The notes under the pieces: model-generated
The model's input: only the letters and a program-made list of their open reading frames with translations
Database searches by the model: none
What the model was told of the DNA's origin: nothing
From: Tubiluchus corallicola
Taxonomy: Eukaryota > Animalia > Priapulida
Length of the DNA: 64,000 nucleotides
Assembly (NCBI GenBank): GCA_030141605.1
Contig: JAQGDQ010000107.1
Location: 186,001 to 250,000 of the forward strand
Direction of reading: 5' to 3'
Position numbers and translations under genes: made by a program
Part shown: one piece after another, positions 29,836-42,951 of the stretch
How the letters are laid out: every line of letters starts with the position of its first letter
Numbering within the stretch: the first letter of the stretch is position 1

Positions 29836-30424
29836 GAAATTTTTCACACTTTTTAATATAATATTCTTTCGTGCGTTCAAATGATTATTATAAATTGTTG
29901 TGACTGGACGGGATCTTGCTTATTATCGAAGACAGCCCTCTAAGATGGACGCGATTGTACCTCTCTTCAGCAGGGAAAAGAGCCGGGGAAATATAGCAGA
30001 AGAAGCCGCAGAACCAATTTTCATATTGATTATCCATTCATTTACTGCTCAGGATCAGCTGTTGCTTAACTTCGGGCGCTCGATCAGCTAATTGCCTTCG
30101 CTTGCTTTTTTTACTAAATTATCTAGATGACTAGTTTAGTACTACCATTTATAGACGAAAAATTTTAATCGGAAGAAAGCTTTTTCTTAAAAAGTATTTA
30201 TGAAAGTTTAAGTGAAGCGGTGCCAAATGTCAGAATATCCAGGGAGATGTAAAAGCGCTTCCTCAATTTCACCAGCAGTTTGGCCCGCCTCTGCCCTAGT
30301 TTTCAAATGGTGCAACCAGGACTCTAAGTTTGGTTCTTGACTCGTTTGGCTGAATTCCTTCCATTAGTTCCATGTGTGCTAAGCGTGTGGTGCACATTGA
30401 TTTCCTTGAAACAGCAAAAAATGT

Positions 30425-31409
30425 TGAAGGGGAAGAAAAAACATTTTTAAAGAATGTTCACAAAAACTTTCCACACAAACTTATATTACTTAGCTATACG
30501 CTTACCTGCTTGAGGGACTTATGTAACTAGAAAAGAAATTTTTTAGCAATTTAAAATGTTTGCTCCAACTGGTAAATCGTCAGTGTTTCACCAGCCCAGT
30601 ATGCACCACTAAGTTATCAAAAACGTATTTTTAATTTTATTGGTAATGTAAAGTAATTAAGTCTTTTGTTTAGTAACAGAAGAGTGCGCTGCGAATTCTC
30701 TGATGGTTTTTTCAAACTTCACACAATGTCACCTAAAGTTGTTTCAAACAATCTACCGTCAAAATGGCTGCGCCTAACAGTCATCGCGGGAGTTTAAATT
30801 TACATGTTTTATACAGTATTATTGCTAATATAACATCTGTGTGCAATAAGGCAGTATAGGCTGCAAAACATTGTCTACCGAAAGAACTTAATCAAGCGGT
30901 GTGGTGCTTAAAGCACAAGAGAACCCTTCATAAACATAAAGCTTGAAAAATTCGTTTTGAAATTTTGTTTCGCTTACATGCTGCCTTTTTGCATGCAGGA
31001 CTTCAATCGGCAGTCACGCTGTATAAAACCTGTAAATTTAAACTCCCGCGATGACCGTTAGACGCAGCCATTTTCACGACAGGTCATTTGAAACAAGTTT
31101 AGATAACATTTTGTAAAGTTTGAAAAAATAATCAGAGCATTCGTAGCGCGCAAGTCACTAACTAAATAAAATTTAAAATTACTATGTCTTGTCAATAAGA
31201 TTAAAAATACGTTTTTTTGTTAGTGAGTGGTGCACCCTGTAGGGTGAGTCAGCTACATTTTACCAATTGGTGAAAACATTTTAAATAATTAATAATTTTC
31301 TTTTCTAGTTACATAAATCTCTCTAGCAGGTAAGCGAAAATCTAAGTAATATAGATTTGCACGGAAAGTCTTTTGAGATATAATTTAACATTGCCTTTTC
31401 TTCCCTTGA
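30425..31409. mobile_element. Foldback/MITE-like element with about 390-bp diverged inverted arms (30425-30816, 31019-31409)
   Basis: CATCGCGGGAGTTTAAATTTACA versus TGTAAATTTAAACTCCCGCGATG, with complementarity continuing outward. Confidence 0.75.
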
Positions 31410-31756
31410 TTTACGTTTGGTGCATGACGTCATGTAATGGCGACTTCGGAATAGTATTGCGGGAAATTTAAAATGAAAACAAATCAAAATTACTTTCAGT
31501 GCGAGTAAGATATAGGCATAAAATTGCTATAAAGTAATATAATTTTTTAAGGCGATTTTTCTGAAACCTGCTTCAGGTACACCTTTTCTTGTCCTTTAAA
31601 ACGTAAGAAAAACATTTACTTAAGTAAAGATAGGAAAATTCGTGTTATTAACTTATTGTTAAAAATTGTTGTTATTAACTCGTTATTTTTTAACTAACGG
31701 TTCTTGACTGTTGCTAAATAACTAACTCGTGTGCGTATTTATTTTATTTATTATAG

Positions 31757-31838
31757 GTGTGTTCTACAGGTACTTTTGTAGCACGTTCACCAGGTCACAT
31801 GTCTGAAACAAGCTTCAGTGTTTCGAAAAAAATTGAAG
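31757..31838 (+). CDS. SIFaR: Probable C-tail exon of GPCR cassette B
   Basis: ttatag|GTG, phase 0 matches the 28825 donor; VCSTGTFVARSPGHMSETSFSVSKKIE is Ser/Thr-rich; donor G|gtttcg is weak. Confidence 0.5.
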
Positions 31839-32577
31839 GTTTCGTATGGGAATGTTTTTATTTTTGTGTAGCAATAATAACGCAATTCAGTGCTAATTAA
31901 TGTCCTTCTTGCATGCACTGAAAAGTAATTAGAGCTAAGATAAAACTATGTAAATAACAGAGAGTAATTATCACTAATCAAATTAACAATTTGATAGGAA
32001 GGAAAATTTGAAAAGATTTAAAACCGATACTGTATCACAGCTCAATCATGCGGTTATGAGACTATTTGTTTTTGACCTGAAGGCCCATAGTTCGATCGTT
32101 GGTAGAGAGAATTTTTATGCGTTTTTTCTGGTTTTAATGCTTTAAGTTTTTTTGTTTTTTCAACTTTAAACGCGAGAATACGTTTTAGTAAAAGCGCTAC
32201 ACAAAAGTGTGGGTGAAGCCTGTGCAAAAGTAAAATTTGCTTTTTGGATTCAAATTTTCTTCAAAAATAAAATTTGGATTCAATTTTTTTCAAAATCAGC
32301 ATGATATTATAAAAGCATGTCTGACGAGCACAAAAACGCAAATGCCTACTTTTATAAATTTCAATTAAATTGAACGAATAGATTATAGAAGGAACTTTTA
32401 CGGCCATTCCAAAAACACTTATTGTTGCATTAATTATTACAAACTAGAGTTTAGAAAACAAAATTTAGTTTAACAGATTATTTTTGGCAATTTGAAAATG
32501 GCGTATCAGGAATGTGTAATTTTTAAAAATAATAATTTAAGTTTTATAAAACATAATTTTGTTTCTTTTGTGTTTAG

Positions 32578-32666
32578 CAAAAAAGGACAGTGGTGAAGTT
32601 CATGTGCCTGACGTGGATAATAGAGGAAACATTGGGAGGAAGTACAGTTTTCCGATTGAACAATAG
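32578..32666 (+). CDS. SIFaR: Probable terminal exon of GPCR cassette B
   Basis: Strong acceptor ttttgtgtttag|CA, phase 1 compatible; AKKDSGEVHVPDVDNRGNIGRKYSFPIEQ*; AATAAA at 32853. Confidence 0.45.
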
Positions 32667-33827
32667 CCGTAAAGACAATGACAAGCAAGATTGGAATTTT
32701 TGCGATGCCAAGTTGTGATTTCTGCACTTCACATAGACCACGTGGCGCATCTTCTTTCATTCCAGTCATAATTATTAATTTTGTATCACAATGTTACGTT
32801 TTAGTGTGGCAAACTACAAAAAATATATTAGTTTTAACACTGTTTTTCCTGTAATAAATTTTATTTTGCACAATATATTCAATTGTGAATCAGCGACAAT
32901 TAAACGTATTCATTTGTTACATTTTAAAGATGGCGAAAATTGATTCTTAGTTTCGTCAAAATCTGATTTAGCTTGTTGCAATCAATATTATTCGGCTGGT
33001 GAGAAATATTTTCGTATTAGTTGCAAAGACGTAAATCTAAATTAAAAGACGTAGAACGTAATCGTGAAAGAAGGCTTAGTGACCTTTTTGACATTCTACG
33101 TCATCCAACAAAACCCATTGTCTGCCTGAAAAGCAAAAATTAAAAATTCAAGTAATTTATTAAACTTACCTAAAAGGGAATTACATTTACTAAATAAATA
33201 AATAAATAAATAAATAAAAATAATTCAGAATAGTACGAGTATGTAATACTAGCCAGAAAGGTGATATTAGTTTATAGCTACATGCGACCCATAAAATTAG
33301 GTATTCGAGTGGAAATATATGAGCTCAAATGAATCTTCATTAATAAATTCTGCTTTCAAACAACTACGATTTCAATTTCTGCATGTTTACCATAATTTAA
33401 AAACGTGATGGCCAGTTTTACGTGTGTCTAGGCTAAGGTTGTTTTGTGTTCGCCTCCCTCGACCCTCCCAGCCACGTTAAATTGTTAAGCTTAATCCACT
33501 TGGACGCTGGCGAACAAAACCTGAACGCCCGTTCATGTGGAACTTCTAAATTGCCTGAAGATCTCATTTGTGGAAAGTACAGCACGCTAACATGTCTACT
33601 GTTGACGCTTTTTTCGGTCGTTAAAAGGCGTAACCCACACGTGACAATATCTAAGGTGACGCTATATATTTTATTGAAGACATGGAAATAAGCTTTACCA
33701 CAATGGGACAAATGATGTGCAAACAAGAAAGTTCCTTGCGCTTATTAACAACAATATTTGTACAATAACCTTCAGCTGCTGCAAATTTTATAACGCAGTT
33801 TATTCATCAAGATAAAAACGGGTTATT

Positions 33828-33888
33828 ATGCAACTATGCTTGGCGATAACAGCTTTGGTTACAACATGGATGACTCTTTTCATAACAG
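33828..33888 (+). CDS. Cys-rich type-I membrane protein, exon 1 (signal peptide)
   Basis: MQLCLAITALVTTWMTLFIT(G), donor AG|gtaagc in phase 1; joins to give a ...TGNA|VC cleavage-like site. Confidence 0.7.
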
Positions 33889-35035
33889 GTAAGCGTTAAA
33901 CTGTAAAAAGTCTGTTATAATTTCATAAAGTCCTAACTGAATATTCAGTACTGCACTTAATTAAGAAGTAATGAGCAGGGCGAATTATTTTATAGGCTAA
34001 TACAGGCTGCAACCTTTCAAGCTTTGCTACCATTTTAACATTAGTAAAAAAGTCTGTTGTTTCACTGCGGTTATGTTGAAATGTGTACTAATTTGGTTTG
34101 CAATAAATAGTAAAATACTGGCATTTCTTAAAGAATATTTTTATTAACAAACAAAAGAATGCTAATCTAATTTATTTAAAGAATTGCAATAAGCTCACTT
34201 TAATCTATGTAAGTGTCTCTGCATTATATCACGAGTAAACAATGTTCAAGACCGGGTGTGGGACGATTTAGAGGGTGGCTCCATCTGATAGAGGCCCATA
34301 ATTTCATTAGCTTAGGCGCGCGGAAGGTCATAATCCGGTCCTGGGCGATGAGTTTTTAGCACATAATGCAAGTTTGCCGAGAAAAAGATGATAAAAATGG
34401 CCCTTGTAAATGGGTGTACCTCTATGGATGCTGCCACGTAAACATTAGTCAAGGCCTACGTTTAGGGACTCCTGTGTCTGGTCAAGAATAAGTGACGCTG
34501 ATTGTCATAAACTTGTAATGCTGCTAATGAAGTAGGCATTGTTTGTATATTGACTAGAATGAGACACGACCGTTAGTTAGTACGATGAAGCAGGTATTTC
34601 AGTGCAAAGAAGCTGAGTGCGCTCCTACTGTGAAGATAAGCAGACCGCCACGAAAATGATTAGTCTAATTTGCCAGAAGCTGTTTCTTTCCATGAGAAAG
34701 GATGTTTGCCATAAACAAATTTACACAAAGTAGCTAAAACACCTCTGTTGGTTTAAGAAAAGTGAGGTTAAAAAATACGTACTCACTTTATTTAGAATGA
34801 CTATATTTGACAGTGAGCAGATTCCATGTTTCACTTAACGTTTTTGCAAGGACAGTGAAGTAAGTTTTAGTTGCTACAGGGATTGGGAGCAAAAGACAGT
34901 AAAAAGAAAAAAGGAACACTGGGAGAACAGAAGACAGTGAGAGGGGGAAGAGAAAGAAGAGAGACAGTACGAGGGGGATAGAGAGAAAGATACAAAAAGA
35001 GAGGATGAAGCGATGCAAGAGAAAGAGCGGGAGAT

Positions 35036-35084
<49 letters not shown>

Positions 35085-35279
35085 GGAAGAGAGTGAAAGA
35101 GAGAGAGAGAGGGGAGACCAGAACTTACCAATTTCTAACCTTTAATGCAGCATGATAAATTTATGGTCTAGAACTTCTGGTGAATTCTGCAATTCAACAA
35201 GTTCTTTTACTCCATTTAGTAAGCTTAAACTATGTATCTAACTTACTGCAGTTTCTTCTTAGAAAACTAGCAGGATGCC

Positions 35280-35530
35280 CACCAATTTGTGCTGCATTAC
35301 TGAAAAGTCTGGATTGTTGCAACGGGATCGGAATCTAGCTCATTTTCAAGGATATTCTTCCAACTGAAGCTGTGAATTGTTTATTATTACCCGAATGTTA
35401 CTTCAACTATTCCACGTGCTAGGTCAAAGAACATGCGGTACTATTTTTCAAGTCTTTAGTATGACTCGGCCGTGGAATTGAACCCACCACTTCTCGCATC
35501 AGAAGCAAGGACGGCACCTTCGAGCTATTC
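35280..35530 (-). mobile_element. tRNA-derived SINE
   Basis: GTCTTTAGTATGACTCGGCCGTGGAATTGAACCCACC...GAGCTAT is a reverse B-box/A-box head plus body. Confidence 0.55.
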
Positions 35531-36878
35531 CTGTGGTATGCCGTAACCCAAGCACATATCGTGACCATTCAGCTGCTGTGCGTGCTGAAAATGTCACCTG
35601 ATCACATACCTGCACTAAAGCTGTCCGTTGTCCGAGTTACGGCAACCGACTGATGGTTGTAAATTCGCTTTATGGGTATCCCGAGTGTCCTAATCATTCA
35701 CTTCTTAACACTTTAACAAATGATCACTGGAACGCCTGTTACTATGGTGGTCATTAGTGATGTCCAAGCCAGTTAGCGCCCCTTCTGTGCGTTCTTTTAA
35801 CTTAATATAGGATCCTAATTCAAAAAGCAGCCTTCGATGTAAAGTATAGCACGTGTTTTAAGCAGGGTTGTTTAGCGGCATTTTTTCAATCCCACCAAAG
35901 CCATATTCTTCGCAAAAATTCTCTGACGCAGATTGCAAAGTAACAAAAAAAGATGATCAATAATTTTGGTTTGCTGAAACTGGTTTAAAGCGAGATATGA
36001 TCCAAAAACATGGGCACTTTTACCGCTTCCTAGTATTCGGGTCACTTATCTGCTAAAGTTGGAGAACGTTGGAACTGATTTTAGAACCACTTTACACCCT
36101 GCTAGAATACCGTCAGACATGGCGGGGCCAGAACGCTGTTTATTACCAAGGATCATTTAAAATTTTATATTTTTGGCTGGCTTGTATAAATATATATAAT
36201 CGTTGAAGATAAAACATTGAACCGACAAAGCGTCTTAATTATATGTGAATGCGTATGCAACTTCTCGACTTCAGAGCAGAATAGAAGTTGAAACTCTCGT
36301 CAGCAGTTTTTCCGCAACAGGCACTCATCCATTTAACAACTAAGCCCCGAGTTGTTTAACTTTGCATGCAACGGTGACTACTCAGCCCATTCACAAAAAC
36401 AGCATAGAGATTGTTATTCAGAAATAGTGAGAATTCCAAATATATAATAGGTTAATATATATATAAACAGTTGAGTTTTTGCATTTGATCCTTTGTGCAG
36501 TTTGACAAAACAAGACATAGAAGCTGTTTCAGTTTATCTGAATGTGACCTGACTTTGTGTTACATAACACAAAAGACTTGACTCAGCATTGCATGACATA
36601 ACCTAACCTAATATAATTATAACCTATATAATATATATATAGCCTTGTCAATACAGGTAAAAAGTACATATGTCAGATCATAGGTCAAAATGATGCAGAG
36701 TTTGAAACATCGCCCTGTTTTCCTATTTGGTACTTTTTCCTTTAACTATTTTGGTACAATTCTTCTCATAATATTTGCTATATGTACACAGTAAAATTTC
36801 ACTGTTGAAAAAATATGAGAGTAATAAAGCCCTGACAGTGTTTAAATACCTACAACAACCATTATAAATTTTTCAGTA

Positions 36879-36909
<31 letters not shown>

Positions 36910-37119
36910 ATTTAATCCATCCACTTTCTAAGAAATAGAAATGAGGTTTCATTGCCTATAATAGTTACATCAGTAGGTAGTGCATAGCTATAGCTTTTCC
37001 TTAAAATCTCCATTCGTGTATCTGAGATTCGGAATGTCTCTTTACCATCTACTCTTAATGTGTTCATAAAGGTCATCAGTTACCTGCCCCGTAGTAATTA
37101 CCAAATTACTCATTTTCAG

Positions 37120-37284
37120 GAAACGCTGTTTGCACCCGGGACGATTTCTGCAGTCTATTTTGTGCGCGAGTCTGCAAGGTGAAGTTGAACATCGAGTCGA
37201 ATCTGTTTCCAAAATGCCTGGCCGGAAGTTGCGGTTGCTATGCTTCCTGTGAGAATGATTCAAATGTCTGTACGGAACTGCTGT
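37120..37284 (+). CDS. Cys-rich type-I membrane protein, exon 2 (Cys-rich ectodomain)
   Basis: ttttcag|GA ... T|gtaagt, symmetric phase 1-1; NAVCTRDDFCSLFCARVCKVKLNIESNLFPKCLAGSCGCYASCENDSNVCTELL. Confidence 0.82.
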
Positions 37285-37819
37285 GTAAGTACAAAGCAAT
37301 GACACATACTTTTCTTTGGGTTTACATAAATTGATTTATAGGTTTCATTAGTGTATTATGATAAAATCTATAAACTTGATAAAATCTATAAACTTGGGAT
37401 TCTAGAATGATGTGGTCTTTCAAAAACCCTCTTTCAAAAAAAACCACGCAGCACGATGACAAAAAAGACCTAGTCAACCTTTTTATTCTCATTTGTCCTA
37501 CGCAGTGTGGGTCATAACGACTAACGTCTGACATTGCTCCATTAAAAACAGTTACGTCTTAGGTGGGACATTCAGTTCTTTTCTTAATATAGAAATGCGC
37601 CCCTTTTCCCCAGTTAAGTCTTACTGACTATTAATTACTTGAGCTGTTAATATAGTTGATCTGATCAAGATGTGAAACTGATTAAATTAAGACAACGGAA
37701 ATGAAACCTGTTTGGCTTGTTTGTTTCGACAATTTTTGTTAAATAATACATCGTATTTTGATGATGACTTTTTACCGTGGAATATTTTTATTTACGTATT
37801 ATTTATAAATTGATTTCAG

Positions 37820-37912
37820 GCTTACAAAACAATAGTAAGGTGACACTGGTGCCACCCCGTGGAACTACTCCTCTGCCTGCAAATTTTACCTTAACACCAA
37901 CAAAATCAACAC
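37820..37912 (+). CDS. Cys-rich type-I membrane protein, exon 3 (Pro/Thr-rich stalk)
   Basis: tttcag|GC ... C|gtgag; junction codon TGC supplies the 10th Cys; LQNNSKVTLVPPRGTTPLPANFTLTPTKST with N-glycosylation sequons. Confidence 0.78.
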
Positions 37913-38243
37913 GTGAGCATCTATGTTTATTAGTTATAATTTTCTCGTTTTTACAAAGACATACGTGCAAGCGATGTCTTACTGACTGCTTTATTCTTAC
38001 ATTGCAACGATTATTTAACATTCATTTGCTGTCATTGGCATGCAGTTTCAGACCAAAGCACATTGTAGTACAGCGTCATCTATCGCCAACTTTTATAAAT
38101 CATATACAGCAAGCGTTTTGGAGAACTAACTAACTTGCTTTCCATTTTATATACTAATAGCGGGATGGCACTACAAATACGTACCTCTAAAATAGTATAT
38201 CCAAGCATTAGTCGTTGTAAATTACATTTTTTAATGCTTATAG

Positions 38244-38356
38244 ATAAATCTTCGACAACGAGCCTGCAGTCTACGATTTTGCTACTCTTTACGATGGCGT
38301 TTGTAGCCGTTCTAGTCTACAGCTTTTGTTTCTATGTCAGACGACGATATGGACAG
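38244..38356 (+). CDS. Cys-rich type-I membrane protein, exon 4 (TM helix)
   Basis: ttatag|AT ... CAG|gtaatt; KSSTTSLQSTILLLFTMAFVAVLVYSFCFYVRRRYGQ, hydrophobic helix followed by an RRR stop-transfer. Confidence 0.85.
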
Positions 38357-38583
38357 GTAATTATTAATTAGTTAAATAAGCCTAAGTTAGATAGGTGTTA
38401 GTGAGCGATTATACTCAATTATAAAAATGCTAACGCTTAAGAGATAGTGGAATATGCAAGCAGCGGATATATGTTTTTCTTTATATAGAAATGCAGCCCT
38501 AACAGCCCGTTAACTACACCGCTGTTTTATCTACAAAATTCATTTATTGTTCAGCCTACTTCCTGTAACAAATGATTTTTAGA

Positions 38584-39125
<542 letters not shown>

Positions 39126-39357
39126 TTGTTTGTTTGTATCTATCTCTATACCAACTTCAGTTTACAAGTTAACTTGGAACAAACCCTAAATTGAGCCCAG
39201 GAGGTGCCAAGACTGAGGGGACTGATGTAAGACATCATTTATAAGCACCAGGGAATGTCAAACTTGCCTGTTCCACTTATTGTTCACTGTGTATACCTAT
39301 CCATACCCAGATAACCTGTTTTTATACTTTTTTGCTATATATACAATTTTTTTGCAG

Positions 39358-40002
39358 TACCTTGAACAAGTTTCTCCAGTTGCCCATACATCAGCAACGC
39401 ATGAGGAGGGTCAAATGGCGCAGGACCTTCCGCCGTCTTACAGTCAAGCATTAATCCATAGTCGTCCAGTTACATCCGTCCTTGGTCGATCCATCAGCAT
39501 TATCAATCCAAGTCATTCTGTCATTGCTCAACGTCGCGGCCTTTTCACTCGGGAGGAATCCACAATGTCCACCGGAAGTGGAGTGCTCCCACCATATCAG
39601 GAAGCTATCAAACTAAATCCGGCATCCTTAACTCGGTACGTATCAAGGTCGTCGCCAACAGACAACCGCAGAGGAGCTAGGAACAATGAAACGCGTGTTA
39701 ATCTAGCCACACCGAGTGATACAAGTGATATAAACCGTGTAGTATTAGAAGTTAGTGATGGTGCTAGTCAGAATACAATGCGGACGACACGGAGTTCAGT
39801 TGACACTCCAACTGTTACAAGCTGTAGAAACAATTTACAGCATGGCACCACATTTCCATTTCGTCAGCAGCTACGGGATGCTCACGCGTCCTCGTGTCCA
39901 GTAATAAGTTCTGCTGTTCGCCAGGCAGAGGACTTTAGAGACACAGATTCAGCTTCAAATGTTACTTTCACTGTACCTCACTGTGACAGTCAAAAGTTTT
40001 AG
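39358..40002 (+). CDS. Cys-rich type-I membrane protein, exon 5 (cytoplasmic tail with PY motifs)
   Basis: tttgcag|TAC, phase 0; 214 aa including DLPPSYSQA and VLPPYQEA; Ser/Thr/Arg-rich. Confidence 0.85.
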   Translation, partial: YLEQVSPVAHTSATHEEGQMAQDLPPSYSQALIHSRPVTSVLGRSISIINPSHSVIAQRRGLFTREESTMSTGSGVLPPYQEAIKLNPASLTRYVSRSSPTDNRRGARNNETRVNLATPSDTSDINRVVLEVSDGASQNTMRTTRSSVDTPTVTSCRNNLQHGTTFPFRQQLRDAHASSCPVISSAVRQAEDFRDTDSASNVTFTVPHCDSQKF

Positions 40003-40680
40003 CAATGTATGCGCTGTGAGTGATTCAAATAATCAATAGTACCTCACCGTAACAGGGGAAAGTTTTAGCAATGTATGCGCTGTGAGTGATTCAAATGTTC
40101 AACAGTACCTCACCGTGACAGGGGAAAGTTTTAGCAATGTATGCGCTGTGAGTGATTCAAATGTTCAACAGTACCTCACCGTGACAGGGGAAAGTTTTAG
40201 CAATGTATATGCTGTGAGTGATTAAAATGTTCAACAGTACCTCACTGTGACAGTCAAAAGTTTTAGCAATGTATTCGCTGTGAGTAATTCAATTGTTGAA
40301 CAGTACCTCACCGTGACAGGGGAAAGTTTTAGCAATGTATATGCTGTGAGTGATTCAAATGTTCAACAGTACCTCACCGTGACAGGGGAAAGTTTTAGCA
40401 ATGTATGCACTGTGAGTGAGTCAAATGTTCAACAGAACCTCACCGAGACAGGGGAAAGTTTTAGCAATGTATGCGCTGTGAGTGATTCAAATGTTCAACA
40501 GTACCTCACCGTGTCAAGCAAAAGTTTTAGCAATATATACGCTCTGAGTAATTCAAATGTCACTTTGAACAGTACATCACCGTGTCAAGCAAAAGTTTTA
40601 GCAATATATACGTGCTGAGTAATTCAAATGTCACTTTTTTGCACCTTTCCGTGACAGGCAAACACTTTAGCAATAGCTAC
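39953..40680. repeat. 66-bp minisatellite, about 11 copies
   Basis: GTACCTCAC anchor at 39973, 40039, 40105, 40171, 40237, 40303, 40369, 40435 (variant), 40501, then degenerate copies at 40572 and 40641. Confidence 0.95.
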
Positions 40681-41731
40681 ACCAATGTTTTTTACCAGCG
40701 AGCATTCGTCAGGAAACATGTTAACTTTCATAGAGAAAAAGAAATTATGTTTAATTTATCGCAAAATATTATGGCAACATTAAGTATACACAAAATATAA
40801 TGTATAATCTTTCTTAATGTAAAATGATACTACAATATGGTTACATCTAAATAGAATTACTAAAGTTTAATAACATAATATCATGATACCAAACTGAACT
40901 CAAAATTAACTAAATTATTGTTGGTGCTGCCAGTAAAATGAAGAAATTAATCACCGTTCGTCATTGTCTTCATCGTCTTCATCACCATAATCTCAGTCAT
41001 CATCACTGTCTCTCTCACCATCACTATCACAGTCGTGTCATCATCATCGCCAGTGCCATAATACATGCCATCATGTCATCACCATTATTATTATCATCGT
41101 CATCAGCAGCACCAGTAACAGAAGCAGCAACATTATGACTAGCAGGTAAACTGTTATTATTAACATCATTTATTTTCGAACACACGTGTACAGTCAAGTT
41201 ACATAAGTGATTCAATTAAAAGAAGTTAGTAGACTATTAGCAAAAGTATATTAAATATATTAAAAACTGACAACAACAAAAAAGTAGTGAAGTTATTTTC
41301 ATACAAGAAGACAAAGCAATTAATTTAAAAAGATCCCCACATATTCTAACGTTTCTCTCAATTGATACTTTGATAAAAATTAAGATTTGTATTTTCTATA
41401 CAACTTATGCAGTCTTTAGTTAAGTTTATTATCGTTAGCTGCCTTTCATAATCTTACGAGATAATACATGAAAATGTACATCTTTCAGGGTACATTATTT
41501 TTATAACAGTTTTATACAAGTTGAAAAACATTATTGAGTTTACGGCATTTAACGTATGTTTGGTTACAAATTTAATTGTCGAGGTTCTACTATTTTTACA
41601 TGCTACATGGAATTTCATAAAACCGTTTTGCAAAGTGCTTTCTCGGTTGCACGGTACCAGCAATGTGGGGCATAATGTAAGGATGAGCTGTGTACGGCAG
41701 TTTCCATAATAAAATGTAAAACGAAATGGAA

Positions 41732-41962
41732 TTAAATTAAATATTCATAATATAACAACATCAGCAGCACTGCTGTTATCGTAGTTCTGGACGGCAACAT
41801 CAGTAAGGCAAAATTGTCCACGTTGCAAAGAGTTGAATTACAACAGGAAATGCATGATTTTATTGTCACTCCATAACCACTCAGCTCACAGCCAGGTTCA
41901 CATTCTTTAGCACATCTCCGCAGGAGGAGAACAAGAACCCCATTCACTTCTCTTCTCTCCGT
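41732..41962 (-). CDS. Ly6/uPAR three-finger (quiver/sleepless-like) protein, last exon
   Basis: ttttgtag|ACG; TERREVNGVLVLLLRRCAKECEPGC...SCISCCNSTLCN, the Ly6 CCxxxxCN signature, then a hydrophobic GPI-signal-like tail. Confidence 0.88.
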   Translation of the reverse strand, partial: TERREVNGVLVLLLRRCAKECEPGCELSGYGVTIKSCISCCNSTLCNVDNFALLMLPSRTTITAVLLMLLYYEYLI

Positions 41963-42239
41963 CTACAAAAATAACGTAAAATAAATTTTAATAATTATGC
42001 CAATTGAAAGTGATATAAATTTTAGATTTGATATTAGTAATAAAAAGGCATAAAATAAACACTTTTTGTTGCAAGTGTAGTGACGAATTGCCAAACCATG
42101 TCACCTCTTGCACAAGGGTTCGTATAATTCTGATTTGCCGGAGCGAATTCGAGGTGTGAACGTGGCTTTGTTGTGCAACATCATTCGCTTCACTAGCCGG
42201 AAAAACAACAGCAATGATAAGTTTCTCATACATTATTGT

Positions 42240-42545
42240 ATTGCATAATGCGGAGCAATGCTAGCAGGAATGCAGCATTAAACAGCGGGATCACTTTAAG
42301 GTGGTGTTTATGGCGAGATCGGCGTCTTACCTCGTGTCAGTAACCTTAAGTGCAACCCAAGTGAGCTACTGAACCAGAAGGGGCGTCTTAGCCATGTTTT
42401 GATACAAAAGCACAAGGCCAGCAACCAAAAACACTATGGAGAGTGATATATGGCCAAGGGCAAGTATCGAATTCGAGCCCAGGCGGTAGCGTTGCGTAAC
42501 TTCGGTCGTGAGACACACGAACGTCACCACTCAGCTATTAACCTG
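42240..42545 (-). mobile_element. tRNA-derived SINE (CORE-like), intronic
   Basis: GTGATATATGGCCAAGGGCA...ATTCGAGCCCAGG...CCACTCAGCTAT, a reverse-oriented Pol III head. Confidence 0.45.
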
Positions 42546-42748
42546 CTTTAGTGCTGAATATTAATTATAGTATTAATTTGGGCAGTTCAAGTCACCTCAG
42601 CAAAGTAAAGAACTTGTCTGCAGAAATGTCTGTAACATGCAAATTTGAAGCTGCAAGAACAGTCATAAGCAAATTACCCAGAGGATAGATATTAACTATG
42701 ACGTTTAAGACCCACATATAACACATTAGTAATAACTATAGTAGTTAC

Positions 42749-42951
42749 CTGGCAGGTATTGTACTTTTTCGGGCAAAATACCCAATAGCTGCTATTGATG
42801 AGTCTATCTTCACTAAAACAGGTATCATTCGTATTGTACGTCTTGCGAAACGATACTTCACATTCATAACACTGCAAGTAATCTTCAAAGTCTAATAAAG
42901 GGATTCCATATCTTGCATTTGATGAGCTTCCTTCGGTTGTATATGACAGTG
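42749..42951 (-). CDS. Ly6 three-finger protein, middle exon
   Basis: tttgcag|CA ... CAG|gtaact; LSYTTEGSSSNARYGIPLLDFEDYLQCYECEVSFRKTYNTNDTCFSEDRLINSSYWVFCPKKYNTCQ (LxCYxC start motif). Confidence 0.88.

Noticed and set aside
36941-36961. Nearer ATG as the start of the Cys-rich membrane gene
   Set aside because: Stops after six codons; the exon at 33828-33888 gives a proper signal peptide and the right phase
39953-40680. Regularly spaced repeats resembling a CRISPR array, and the 123-aa repeat ORF at 40247
   Set aside because: Units are contiguous with no unique spacers and there are no cas genes; the ORF is the repeat read in an open frame within a 3' UTR
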